DNA of 39,433 nucleotides from a virus (taxonomy: Duplodnaviria; Heunggongvirae; Uroviricota; Caudoviricetes), in the IMG/VR virus record IMGVR_UViG_3300032030_000013. One strand, given 5' to 3'. A model generated the notes under the pieces. That model did no database searches and was not told the origin of the DNA. It saw only the letters and a list, made by a program, of their open reading frames with translations. Positions 16,649 to 27,321 of this stretch are shown here, piece after piece; position 1 is the first letter of the stretch, and every line of letters begins with the position of its first letter. A program made the translations under genes and the position numbers.

Positions 16649-16824
16649 AAATCTACAGAATTAATGAATAAAGTAATTATTAGATAAAAATTTCGTGTAT
16701 ACCAATTTCACCACCGCGGCACGATGCCATGGACGGGACTCGAACCCGTATTCCATTTACTGGAAAAATTTTGAGAAGTTATCAGCTTTCTTATGAAGTA
16801 ACTCTATCCTACACTAGTAGATTT
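16649..16824 (-). ncRNA. YrlA-like Y RNA (circularly permuted tRNA-Leu-like domain)
   Basis: Order: module 5' strand - variable arm - T arm - acceptor closed by a loop (CCATGGCA-TCG-TGCCGCGG) - D arm - module 3' strand. Confidence 0.8.
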
Positions 16825-16829
16825 GTTTG

Positions 16830-16915
16830 CGGAGAAAGTAGGTGTCGATCCCAATCCGTTTCACCGAACGAGCTGTTTTCAAGACAGTCCTGCGGGCCGC
16901 CGCAGTTCATTCTCC
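16830..16915 (-). tRNA. tRNA-Ser(TGA), 8/4 (allo/Sec-like) fold
   Basis: 8-bp acceptor, 6-bp D stem with 4-nt loop (CTGCGG-CGGC-CCGCAG), 4-bp T stem, long arm, G73. Confidence 0.8.
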
Positions 16916-17148
16916 AATTTAAATAGATATAAGAATAATTATATTGCACCCATGCCCAGTCAAGAATTGAACTATCCTAGTTGCGGTTTCGAACCACGCT
17001 TCAAATTATTAATCACACCAGTGATACAGACATATATCTATTTTAATATTCAAATATTGCAATCATTCAACATTCTGCCACCCAGGCAGTTCAAACCCAG
17101 GGAAAGATTTAAACTTCTGACTCCTTACGGATATATTTGAATATTTAG

Positions 17149-17241
17149 CGGAGGCTGAGGGACTTGAACCCCCGCGCCGATGGGTTACACCGACCTAGCA
17201 CGTTAGCAGTGTGCCCCCTTCACCAACTTGGGTAAACCTCC
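17149..17241 (-). tRNA. tRNA-Ser(GCT)
   Basis: CT-GCT-AA, long arm, G73. Confidence 0.95.
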
Positions 17242-17338
17242 GAACATCCACTCTCAAAAGTATTAGTAATCTTTAATGGAAACTGATTAGTCATTGCTTT
17301 CACAGCAACGTTTAACTTTATAAATATCTTAATTGTAC

Positions 17339-17354
17339 CAACATGTCAAAGAAC
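17339..17354 (-). promoter_or_regulatory. boxA-like element
   Basis: GTTCTTTGACATGTTG. Confidence 0.7.
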
Positions 17355-17391
17355 GTTTAACATTATTGAACTTAATCAAATTATGTTTCAG

Positions 17392-17463
17392 TAGCCCGTA
17401 GGGGAGTCGGACCCCTCTTGGCAGGTTGAAAACCTGTAGTCCTTACCGATAGACGAACGGGCC
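17392..17463 (-). tRNA. tRNA-Glu(TTC)
   Basis: TT-TTC-AA; T loop TCCGACT. Confidence 0.9.
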
Positions 17464-17508
17464 AAGTTTGTATTTTAAATAATATTAGTATTCAAATATT
17501 ATATTAAT

Positions 17509-17536
17509 AATATAGTAACTTAAAAATTAATTTCAA
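17509..17536 (-). promoter_or_regulatory. putative promoter of RNA array
   Basis: TTGAAA-N16-TATATT. Confidence 0.7.
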
Positions 17537-17589
17537 ATATTTTAAGAATTTTTTTAAGAATTTTTTAAAGAATTTTTATAACGCTTTAT

Positions 17590-17627
17590 AAAAAACAAAC
17601 AATCTCCAGAATTTTGTTTCTGGAGAT
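17590..17627 (-). terminator. intrinsic terminator (attenuator)
   Basis: ATCTCCAGAA-ACAAAA-TTCTGGAGAT-TGTTTGTTTTTT. Confidence 0.8.
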
Positions 17628-17662
17628 CTTACTTTATATTATAAGTACTGTATATTCAAAAT

Positions 17663-17767
17663 TTATATTTCAGTATAACCAGAAACTTTATTTACACCCA
17701 ATCCACAAGGTTCACCTGAAAAAGATGATCCAAAAATAAATTCAATATGTTGACTGAGTTGCATCAT
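17663..17767 (-). CDS. putative 34-aa leader peptide
   Basis: MMQLSQHIEFIFGSSFSGEPCGLGVNKVSGYTEI*; GTTTCTGG complements the terminator 5' strand. Confidence 0.55.
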   Translation of the reverse strand: MMQLSQHIEFIFGSSFSGEPCGLGVNKVSGYTEI

Positions 17768-17949
17768 AATAATTTCTGTTTACTTAATATTATTTTCTAA
17801 TGTTTTCTAAATTTAAATAATTATAATAATAAAATTGTAAAATGGTCAAAAAAATTCAATTTTTTTTCTAAATTTTTTTCTTAACCATATAATTAAGAAA
17901 TTTATTTTTATTTATATATAGAAAATACATAAAAACAATACAATAAATA

Positions 17950-20900
17950 ATGTTTAAATCTTTATTAAGAACTATTCCATCATTAAGTGGCAATTTTACA
18001 ATAGGATGTAAATTAAACGATTTCAATCAAATAACTTCTAATGAATATGAAACATATGTAAGAGAAGGATGCCTCATGCCTTTGCAAAATAGTCTTTTTA
18101 CAAAGAACATTGAATTGAACCTTGTAAAAGATCAACATGAATATGTAGTAAGAAAATTCTATAATGTATATTCTAATATGTTTTATAAAGCAAATTATTC
18201 ATACAATAAGAATAATTTCGCAGAGATAGATGAATATGAAAGTAAATCATTAAATAATGGACGTAATAAAGATTATGAATTTGGATGCAAAAGATTGTAT
18301 TATAAGCAACAAGAATATCAATTTAGTTTTTATGCTCCATTCTATATTGATGATGTTGACGATTTACCAGAATATTTTATGCTTAATATTAGATTGAACG
18401 ATAATCTTGTTAAGCATGTTAAAATATATATTGATAAAGAAAATACATCAAATTATTTAAGATCATATTTAAAGAAATATGTTAAACATATAGACAATAG
18501 AGTTATATTCTGCTTACCAGAATCTAAACAAGCTGCATATTTTGGAATTGATGTAAAGAAGGGTGGTTTAGTAAAATATGTTGATAATGTATTTGGAAAC
18601 TTATATAATAATCAGAATACTATAAATAATTTTGATTATATGATATGCAATGGTTTTGAACGAAATGGTTTAATCATGCGTCAGATCATACCTTTAAGTT
18701 TCTTAATAAATATTAATGACATATTTAATTATCATGAAAAGAAATTCTTCTCGTTTTGGAAATTAAACATAACAGGATATTATTATGATAAAGAAAATAT
18801 CCGTCAAGATTTCTATGACTTTTCAATAGACTATACAGACTTATATGAAAAGTATTTAAAATATGATGAAGAAACTGGTGAATACAAACAAGACTTCGGA
18901 TATGATTCTAATGATAATAAAATCAATATAATGAATGTTGGTTATCCATCACTTAATGAATCTAAATATGCGAAGTATAGATTTACTAATAAGATAACTC
19001 CAACATATTGTAGATTTAAGTTAGCGAATTCATCAGATGATACTCCTTATATAACTAATATGAGTTATGCATTTTCTGAATTAGAAACACCAAATAAGAA
19101 GTATGGAGAATTTCCAACAATGTTTAAAGACATATTTCCTAAAGCAGTCGTTAAGAATGAAAATATGTATCTTCCTATTGGAGAATCTAAAATAAATGAA
19201 TATGATTCAAATAAGTCTAATATTGATAAGTATGTAAAATTAATGTCAAACTTCTATTCAACATGGTATAATATATACTATGATGACAGTGATATGTTTA
19301 AAGATTCTACATTATGGTCAACCGTAGATAATGAATATTCATATTTTAGAGGAGTATTATATAAGACTTCAAAAGATATCATTGGAGAAAATATTGATAG
19401 ATTTGGTGTATTCCTTAATATCAATATGAGTTATATAGATAATGACACAGCTATTAATGATATATTAGGAGCAAAATATGTATTGACAAATGAAAAGCAA
19501 AAAAATAGTATCGTAATTGATCAATTTACTTTTGATTCTAACATATGTAAAGACATAACTTATACTTTTGATATTAATGGTGTTCTCCAGATTGATTCAG
19601 AATTATCTAAGTGGCCTCAAAGATATAGATTAGAATTTAATTATAATGGTAATACATTTTATGGTGTGAAAGATATTAATGCATATTTGCCACGTATTCA
19701 AAATGATAGTCTTTATACAAGTTTTACACCAGGAGATATTACGCATAAAGAAATATCATATAAGTCTAATTTATATAAATCTAGTTCATCATATGTATCA
19801 TATTTACTTTATAATGAAAAAATGAAAAGAGACAAATATGGTTCATATGTACTTATAAATAATTATTATAATGAAAATAAGTATTATAATCTTAAAGAAA
19901 TTAAAAGAATAATAATTAATCAAATTGGACAAAATAAGTATAATGTATTAGATCTTGAAAATGAAATTAATAAGTTTAGAATACATGGATATGAAAAGAT
20001 AGATATATATAAACCAATTAATTTATTTAACATTTATTATACGAATGATAATGTTAGACATTATAGATCAATAACAGAAACGAATGAATTCATAGCAAAT
20101 TCTTGGTATAATGATAATGCTTGGTATATTGCATCTTCATATAATAATGAAAAGATACCTTTAACTGAAATATATTCTAAGATTAAAGATAATGTTAATT
20201 ATTATGATAATTTTAGAATATATATAGAATATGACTTTATTAATGAAGCAGATCTTTTATATTTCTTAAATTCAATATTAATTAAGAAATCTGTTTGGAG
20301 AACTTCTTGGCATCCAGAATTAAAATTAGGTCAATTCGTTACAGCTGATACATTAAATGAAATATTGACTAATGCAAATAATAAGACATTAGAAAAATAT
20401 GATGATTTGAATGAAGAAGCTATTATAGAAAGATATAATACTTTCAAACATAATGCATTAAATTCTTTATATTATGATGCAATTATAAATGGCGAGGTTA
20501 CACGTTTAGATGTTTCTTTATATCATAATGAGAAAAATATTTATATGGATACTGCGCCATTATTGCCAAGTATATATGGTGATATTGAAAAATTAGATAC
20601 ATATAATTTCTGTCCTTATGAATATGAAGATGGATTACGAATGTTTAATTTCTTTGTAAAGAATAAAGTTAATGATGACCATCATGTTTATGTAGATACA
20701 TATAATTTAAATAAATACATTGAATTATATAATAAAGATAAAGAATATAAAATACCTTATTTAAGAGCTGATAAAAATGATGGATATATTAGAAAATCAT
20801 TCTTTGCACGTCTTATAGATAGAACACACATTTCAAAATATTGCGAACAATTAATAAAAGCAGAAAATGCATTTAGTGAAGATGGTATAGATACTAATAA

Positions 20901-22881
20901 TATTAATTTCAGTCTTTTAGATAATTTATATGTAAAGGAAAGAGTATGGTATATTGATAAAAATGAAAAAATAACTATTAAAGATAGATACATTCAATTA
21001 TATGAATATTTTAAAAATGTTGTTGATAATAAAACAAGAGAATTAACTTATGTTGAAAATTTATTACATATAAGGCATCATTGGGGATATGATACTGCAA
21101 ATAATTTACTTATTAATATGATAAGTAAGAAACGTAATGTAAATGATAAATTTGAAATATTCTTGGATGATGATTTTAAGATTGAACTTGATTTAGTATT
21201 CTATAAAGAATTCATACAACTTAATAATGACTTATATAATATGATGCTTAATGATGATAGATGTTATTTATACTTATATTATAGAAGTCAATATAAAGAA
21301 AATGCTGATACTTGGAAAATATACTATGAAAAAGATTTTGAAGCAGTACGTTCTGGAGAATCATTAATTCTTGGTGAAACTTATTATAAATCAAAAACTG
21401 GAAAAGATTCTATTACTGGTAAGTCAAACATATTTATTGCAAATGGTAATGAAGTTTCTGATGGTTCAAATTATTTTGTTGATACTCAAAAACCAAGAAC
21501 TACACGTATTAATGAATTAGACGATTTCTTAATGCCATTATTCAATAATGTATATATTAATGATGTTGATGTTGATGTCATATATAGTATGATTCATAAT
21601 AATAAAATCTATATAGATACATATGTAAATAATGAAAACTATTTTAAAGAAATTAATGTTGATTCATATGTATTTGAATTATCAACGCAAGAATCATTAA
21701 ATAATGCATTAATTGAACTTGGTGAAGAACCTTATGAAGAAATTAATGATTTAAACAAATTTGAAGTTATTAATAAGATTAAAGAACATGATGAATATTT
21801 TCATGAAACATATATACCTTCATTGGGATTGACATTATATAGTATATACAATATTAATCACTTATCATATAATAATTTTGAAAGTGATAAATATGAAGTA
21901 CATAAAGGTAAAGATAATATCATTAATATATTAACTGATGAAAATGGTACTAAATACGGTTTCTATTTTATAGATGTTTTATTAGATAATACTAATAATA
22001 CATTTAACATCAATAATTCATATGATGTATCTACAGCATTTAAGTATATAAATAATAAGCATATAATGACTGGTGAAAGTAATAGTTCTCCATTAAATAT
22101 TCAATCATTATATGGTTCAGATTATATTAAATCAATATTTAGAATTATTAATCCATTCTTAAAAGTTAATATATTTAAGAGCTTTGTAACAGATATTAAA
22201 AATGTTATTGTATTCCCTAATGAAATGGATATTAATATCAATTATGTTACTCGTAAGATTAATCCTGATGATGAATCTAAATATGTTATGCTTAAAAAAT
22301 CTGAAACAGATACTTTATATGAAGATATCATAAAATATACGAAAGAACGTAGAATTAAGTTATTAAGATATTTTAATTATATAACACCATTGATTCAAAA
22401 GAAAACTATTATTGAAAATGTTTGGGAAAACAAATACATATATAAAGAAAATAATACAGATACGCAAAAATATAATATTTTGTATAATACTCCAGTCAAC
22501 ATATATAAGTATAACCCATTGTATGTAGTAAATAAATATGATGATGTTATTAATAATGATACAGAACACGATTTTGTGTATCAATATGAATATAAACATT
22601 TTAATGATAATTCATTATATAATTTAGAAGAAGAGTTTATAATTTCATTAAAAGATATTATTGATTATGACCAATTAGTGAATGAATATGAAACAGAAGA
22701 AAAAGCATTATATTTATTTAAAAAATATGTAAATAGAATAACTAAAAAACAGTTAAATATTAATATTATTTTATTTTTATTTAATAAATATGTTGTTAGC
22801 TATCAATCAGATATACATAAATTGAATTCTGAAAAAACTAAAAAATTATATAAGATATCCTATAAATTCACATTAAAGTAA
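17950..22881 (+). CDS. giant hypothetical protein (1643 aa), possibly virion-associated
   Basis: Uninterrupted 4.9-kb ORF, N/Y/D-rich; function inferred only from size and composition. Confidence 0.9.
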   Translation: MFKSLLRTIPSLSGNFTIGCKLNDFNQITSNEYETYVREGCLMPLQNSLFTKNIELNLVKDQHEYVVRKFYNVYSNMFYKANYSYNKNNFAEIDEYESKSLNNGRNKDYEFGCKRLYYKQQEYQFSFYAPFYIDDVDDLPEYFMLNIRLNDNLVKHVKIYIDKENTSNYLRSYLKKYVKHIDNRVIFCLPESKQAAYFGIDVKKGGLVKYVDNVFGNLYNNQNTINNFDYMICNGFERNGLIMRQIIPLSFLININDIFNYHEKKFFSFWKLNITGYYYDKENIRQDFYDFSIDYTDLYEKYLKYDEETGEYKQDFGYDSNDNKINIMNVGYPSLNESKYAKYRFTNKITPTYCRFKLANSSDDTPYITNMSYAFSELETPNKKYGEFPTMFKDIFPKAVVKNENMYLPIGESKINEYDSNKSNIDKYVKLMSNFYSTWYNIYYDDSDMFKDSTLWSTVDNEYSYFRGVLYKTSKDIIGENIDRFGVFLNINMSYIDNDTAINDILGAKYVLTNEKQKNSIVIDQFTFDSNICKDITYTFDINGVLQIDSELSKWPQRYRLEFNYNGNTFYGVKDINAYLPRIQNDSLYTSFTPGDITHKEISYKSNLYKSSSSYVSYLLYNEKMKRDKYGSYVLINNYYNENKYYNLKEIKRIIINQIGQNKYNVLDLENEINKFRIHGYEKIDIYKPINLFNIYYTNDNVRHYRSITETNEFIANSWYNDNAWYIASSYNNEKIPLTEIYSKIKDNVNYYDNFRIYIEYDFINEADLLYFLNSILIKKSVWRTSWHPELKLGQFVTADTLNEILTNANNKTLEKYDDLNEEAIIERYNTFKHNALNSLYYDAIINGEVTRLDVSLYHNEKNIYMDTAPLLPSIYGDIEKLDTYNFCPYEYEDGLRMFNFFVKNKVNDDHHVYVDTYNLNKYIELYNKDKEYKIPYLRADKNDGYIRKSFFARLIDRTHISKYCEQLIKAENAFSEDGIDTNNINFSLLDNLYVKERVWYIDKNEKITIKDRYIQLYEYFKNVVDNKTRELTYVENLLHIRHHWGYDTANNLLINMISKKRNVNDKFEIFLDDDFKIELDLVFYKEFIQLNNDLYNMMLNDDRCYLYLYYRSQYKENADTWKIYYEKDFEAVRSGESLILGETYYKSKTGKDSITGKSNIFIANGNEVSDGSNYFVDTQKPRTTRINELDDFLMPLFNNVYINDVDVDVIYSMIHNNKIYIDTYVNNENYFKEINVDSYVFELSTQESLNNALIELGEEPYEEINDLNKFEVINKIKEHDEYFHETYIPSLGLTLYSIYNINHLSYNNFESDKYEVHKGKDNIINILTDENGTKYGFYFIDVLLDNTNNTFNINNSYDVSTAFKYINNKHIMTGESNSSPLNIQSLYGSDYIKSIFRIINPFLKVNIFKSFVTDIKNVIVFPNEMDININYVTRKINPDDESKYVMLKKSETDTLYEDIIKYTKERRIKLLRYFNYITPLIQKKTIIENVWENKYIYKENNTDTQKYNILYNTPVNIYKYNPLYVVNKYDDVINNDTEHDFVYQYEYKHFNDNSLYNLEEEFIISLKDIIDYDQLVNEYETEEKALYLFKKYVNRITKKQLNINIILFLFNKYVVSYQSDIHKLNSEKTKKLYKISYKFTLK

Positions 22882-22882
22882 A

Positions 22883-25800
22883 ATGAAAAGAAATATAAAT
22901 TTATTACAGTCAGAAACAGACTTAAGTACCGATATATTCAATAAAGCCCAAAAAGAATATATTCTTCAGGCATTAGCAAATCTAGGTCAAAGAATGGGTA
23001 TAAAAGGAGATGGACTTGCATATAGATCATTCAGTTTTTTAGATTTAATAAATAGCAGTGAAGATGAATATTCATTAAATGATTATATAGGATATATTGA
23101 TTATAAGAAAGATGAAAATGATGATCCTGTAGCAATATTTGGTCTAAATAATATAAAGACCAATACTGATAAGATTATCGATTCATTAACTACTAAATCA
23201 GTAAATAACTTATTATATTTTGATAATGAATTTAGTTTTACAATTCCTATAAGTGGAATTGAAAAATATTGTAAAGGAACAATCATATCAAATGAAAATA
23301 ATATATTGACTATAATTGCTGTAGGTAAGATTATTGGATATGATGATACTGATTTAGACAATGCAATTCTTTTATATTATAAATATGATACTTCATCAAA
23401 TAAAGTAATTTATATTGCAAAAGTTCATCATGTTTATAGTGATAATAATTCATCTTATTATATTTTACTTAGACTTTATAGGGATAAGGATGAAGACAAT
23501 AATACTTATATAAATAAGTTTAACTTGGATATTCAAATATTTAATGCAAATATTCTTGGTGATTTATATAAGAATTCATTTAGAGATTTATTTCAGTATT
23601 CAAATTATGAAAATTCTGCTGACATGGGATTTGCATTCTTACGTCCAGAATTTATTGATATTGATGTATTAGAAGGAACCACATCTTATAATCCTGATAA
23701 AACTAATAATTTTGATTCTAACTCACCAATAAGTATTATAATAAATAACATTGAAAATACAAACTATTTTAATAAATCAACATTAAAGTTAGAATATGAT
23801 TCTAATAAAAATGAATTTTTCTGTGTTTCAGAAAATTATGAAGATGTAATAAGTCTTTATAAGAATGAATATCATTTTGTTAATATTGAAGAAGAAATAT
23901 ATAACTTTAATGATGATATCAGTGAAATGTATCGTAATATGTTTGCATATTATAATGAAAAATTTTACATAGAAAATCGTGTAAGATTTTTTGAAAGAAT
24001 ATTATGTAAATTATATGAAGAATTAAATAGTGATAATTCTAACGGTAGATTATATATTCCTATTAATTATGTAATTAGTTATATCTGTAACAGTAATGAT
24101 GAATTAAACATTTATTATTCAACAGACATATATGTTTTATTAACTAACTTAGAAGAAAAGTATGACAGAGAGGCATATCTTTCTAATAATAGATATTTAA
24201 TTTATGATTATAAAGATATAGATATCTTAAAATCATATAAGTTTGAAGTAGAATATAATTATTATCTTAAAGATATTATTAATAATGTATATATTAAAGA
24301 AGTATATACAATGCCTTATATTAATGATGAGGAAAATTGGAATATAAACGGCGAAAATACTAAGATAAGAGCTGTAGGTAAAGATGCAGGTAATCCAAAT
24401 ATTGTTCTTATATATTCAAAGAATAAAAATAATGAATTAGATAGTTATTCTTTACTTAATGCAGTAAAAGATAAAAATGTTATATTAAGATCTGGTTTTG
24501 AACGTAAAAAATTCTTAGTAGACAATAAATTATTTGAACATTTAGATGATAAGAAAATATACTGTTATGCTTATGTTCCAATCATTGATAATCTTAATAG
24601 AACAGCATTAGAAAATAGTATAATTATTAATATTTGTGATTTAGAATGTTTAGATGATGAACTTTATAAGAGCTATTATATTGGTTCTAATATAATTACT
24701 TTATGGTATTATGGATATGATAAGAAACAATATCAATTCATATTAGTAAAAGAAGATGGAACTGATTATGCTTTACCATTAGGAGCAACAGTAAATATTT
24801 CAAATGCTTTATCGAATGCTAAGTATAATATGAATTCACAAGATATGATTATACTTAGAGCAAACATATCTAAATTAGCACAAGAAACATTAGGTACTGT
24901 TTCATTAAACTGGGGAATATTTAAAAATAAGTCTGCATATGAATATGCTCCTAATAAAGAAGCAGAAGATACATTTAAATATTTTAATGATTTAAATGCA
25001 GTTATTGAATATACTGATGATTTAAAGAATATTAGTGATACCGTCATTAATGAAAAGACTGAAAAGTATATTAATGATTTTTCAAATATTAAGACTACAA
25101 ATATTTTATATCCAAAATATCAAATTAATAGAATAACAAGGTCTGCTGAAACAACTCAAGTTAATGAAATACTTCAAAAAGCTTTACAAGAAAATGAAAT
25201 AATAGAAATTAATATTGATAATCATGACAATATTATTATTTCTGATGAACTTAGGGATGTTGCTGCTAATATATTAGTACCAAATGAAGAAATAAGACCT
25301 ATTGATGTAGTATATAAGACCATTAAAGATACTGAAGAAAACTATGATGAATATGTATTTAATACGAATGTTCCAACATTTGATTTTAAGGAAATATTCT
25401 TAAGAAATACAAACAATCTTAATAGATTAAACATTATATCATTAGATGCTCAAGGAAATCCATATTACGCATTCTTGGGTACTTCATATGATGACCCAAG
25501 TAAATCTACATTGCATCTTGGCACATTAGAAAAGAACATTAACTTAGGATCAAACTCACTTATAAATGAAATTGATAGAGACAATTTTATTACACATGAT
25601 AAATTATCAATAGACTTTAAAAATTTGTTTATGAATACTACTGAACAATTTGGTGGTAATCAACCTTATGTTATTGAAAAGACTATTGATGATATCAAAT
25701 ATAAGATGGGTAAAACTTGGATATTTGGAAAAAGTATTGATCCTATTATAACATATGATAAGATATCTACATTAAGTGATACTAAAAAGACAACTGCTAT

Positions 25801-26674
25801 TATAGGTGATATTAGAAATACTGATTTTAGTAATATTCCTCTTAAGATATCAAATATAGTTGCAGGTGTTAATAAACCGGTTTACGCAGTATGTTTGAAT
25901 ACAATATGTAAGAATACTTTCAATATTGACATGGATAAATATAATAAGATTAAGATCAATGTTGGACAGAATAAATTATTTGCAATCAAATATTATGGAT
26001 TATCATATAAAACACCAATGTTCTTTATGATTGTTAATGATAAGCTTACTAAAGAATTCGATAATACTGATGGCGTTATATCTTCTACAGATACTGTTGA
26101 TATGATATGTTGTACAACCGCAACAAGTGAAGATGTTTTAGATACAGATGTTTTGCAAATAATGTGTAAATTTGATAAGTATAATTATGATAATGGGGAT
26201 GATGTAGAAGTAATTTGGGATGCTCCAGAAATATATGGTGCTGTTGTTGAATCAGAAATTCCACCAGAAGAAGATCTTGGATATTATTGGTGGGTTGGTC
26301 TTACTAATCCATTAATTGATAATAGTATGATAACTGCTGCTAATGAAGAAGATCCTAATAATCCATTTATATTAGAAGAAGACGATAATGTTGGTTGGAG
26401 ATATATTGGTCAAACTATTGAAAACAGTGATCATGGATATGTTGTTTGGTGTTATAGTGGCTTTAATATACCACTTGGTATAAATAATGAAGACAAGAGA
26501 ACATATTACTTAATATTGCCATTAGGAGTTGTTTCTGTTGATATATTTGGCAGTGAACAGGTTCAAAAGATTAATCAGAATCCAATTGAAATTAGAGGTC
26601 ACTTCTATAATATATATCAATCATTAAGACCAGAACAATTGTATCAATGGAGCTTATTTTACACATTAGAATAA
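22883..26674 (+). CDS. giant hypothetical protein (1263 aa), possibly virion-associated
   Basis: 3.8-kb ORF starting 1 nt after the previous stop. Confidence 0.9.
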   Translation: MKRNINLLQSETDLSTDIFNKAQKEYILQALANLGQRMGIKGDGLAYRSFSFLDLINSSEDEYSLNDYIGYIDYKKDENDDPVAIFGLNNIKTNTDKIIDSLTTKSVNNLLYFDNEFSFTIPISGIEKYCKGTIISNENNILTIIAVGKIIGYDDTDLDNAILLYYKYDTSSNKVIYIAKVHHVYSDNNSSYYILLRLYRDKDEDNNTYINKFNLDIQIFNANILGDLYKNSFRDLFQYSNYENSADMGFAFLRPEFIDIDVLEGTTSYNPDKTNNFDSNSPISIIINNIENTNYFNKSTLKLEYDSNKNEFFCVSENYEDVISLYKNEYHFVNIEEEIYNFNDDISEMYRNMFAYYNEKFYIENRVRFFERILCKLYEELNSDNSNGRLYIPINYVISYICNSNDELNIYYSTDIYVLLTNLEEKYDREAYLSNNRYLIYDYKDIDILKSYKFEVEYNYYLKDIINNVYIKEVYTMPYINDEENWNINGENTKIRAVGKDAGNPNIVLIYSKNKNNELDSYSLLNAVKDKNVILRSGFERKKFLVDNKLFEHLDDKKIYCYAYVPIIDNLNRTALENSIIINICDLECLDDELYKSYYIGSNIITLWYYGYDKKQYQFILVKEDGTDYALPLGATVNISNALSNAKYNMNSQDMIILRANISKLAQETLGTVSLNWGIFKNKSAYEYAPNKEAEDTFKYFNDLNAVIEYTDDLKNISDTVINEKTEKYINDFSNIKTTNILYPKYQINRITRSAETTQVNEILQKALQENEIIEINIDNHDNIIISDELRDVAANILVPNEEIRPIDVVYKTIKDTEENYDEYVFNTNVPTFDFKEIFLRNTNNLNRLNIISLDAQGNPYYAFLGTSYDDPSKSTLHLGTLEKNINLGSNSLINEIDRDNFITHDKLSIDFKNLFMNTTEQFGGNQPYVIEKTIDDIKYKMGKTWIFGKSIDPIITYDKISTLSDTKKTTAIIGDIRNTDFSNIPLKISNIVAGVNKPVYAVCLNTICKNTFNIDMDKYNKIKINVGQNKLFAIKYYGLSYKTPMFFMIVNDKLTKEFDNTDGVISSTDTVDMICCTTATSEDVLDTDVLQIMCKFDKYNYDNGDDVEVIWDAPEIYGAVVESEIPPEEDLGYYWWVGLTNPLIDNSMITAANEEDPNNPFILEEDDNVGWRYIGQTIENSDHGYVVWCYSGFNIPLGINNEDKRTYYLILPLGVVSVDIFGSEQVQKINQNPIEIRGHFYNIYQSLRPEQLYQWSLFYTLE

Positions 26675-26691
26675 ATAAATTAAAATAGCTA

Positions 26692-27231
26692 ATGAATAAT
26701 ACAAAGATATTTATAGTGTCAATTGATAAAAATGTATCATTAGATATTTCAAAGAAAATCATTGAGAAAAATGATGATCTATCAATAATTCCAATATTTT
26801 CAACTGATACTACGTATAAAGATGAAATTAATGATTTTTATACATATTATTTAAATGTAAATATTGTTAATCTTTCATATAAGAATAATTCATTATTATA
26901 TGTTATTACAGATAATTATATTTCTTATGGAATTACTTTAGATGATTTTTATAATAATGATATTGCTTTTATGAATATTGAAGAATATAACAATATTTCA
27001 GACGTCATATTTGAAAAATATAATATATTGACAATATGGGTTGATTTTAAACAACATATGTTTTTAGATCATAAAATGAATATTGAATTGAAATATTTTA
27101 ATGAAAGAATAAAAAATAATGATTATATGTATTTTTTAAATGATGATACAACTATATATGACGTCATTAATAAATATATTAATGCTGAAGAAGAAGAAGA
27201 TCGTTTGAATTTATTAAAAGAAAATGTTTAA
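26692..27231 (+). CDS. hypothetical protein, possibly degenerate guanylate-kinase-like fold
   Basis: Layout resembles Gmk (..FSTD.., Y.SYGIT...) but has no intact P-loop. Confidence 0.7.
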   Translation: MNNTKIFIVSIDKNVSLDISKKIIEKNDDLSIIPIFSTDTTYKDEINDFYTYYLNVNIVNLSYKNNSLLYVITDNYISYGITLDDFYNNDIAFMNIEEYNNISDVIFEKYNILTIWVDFKQHMFLDHKMNIELKYFNERIKNNDYMYFLNDDTTIYDVINKYINAEEEEDRLNLLKENV

Positions 27232-27321
27232 CAAATTGTAAAATAAATTGAATTAAATTTTTTATATTATCTATTTTCAAATATTATAGATAGAAATATA
27301 AATATATTAGAGACGAGTTAA

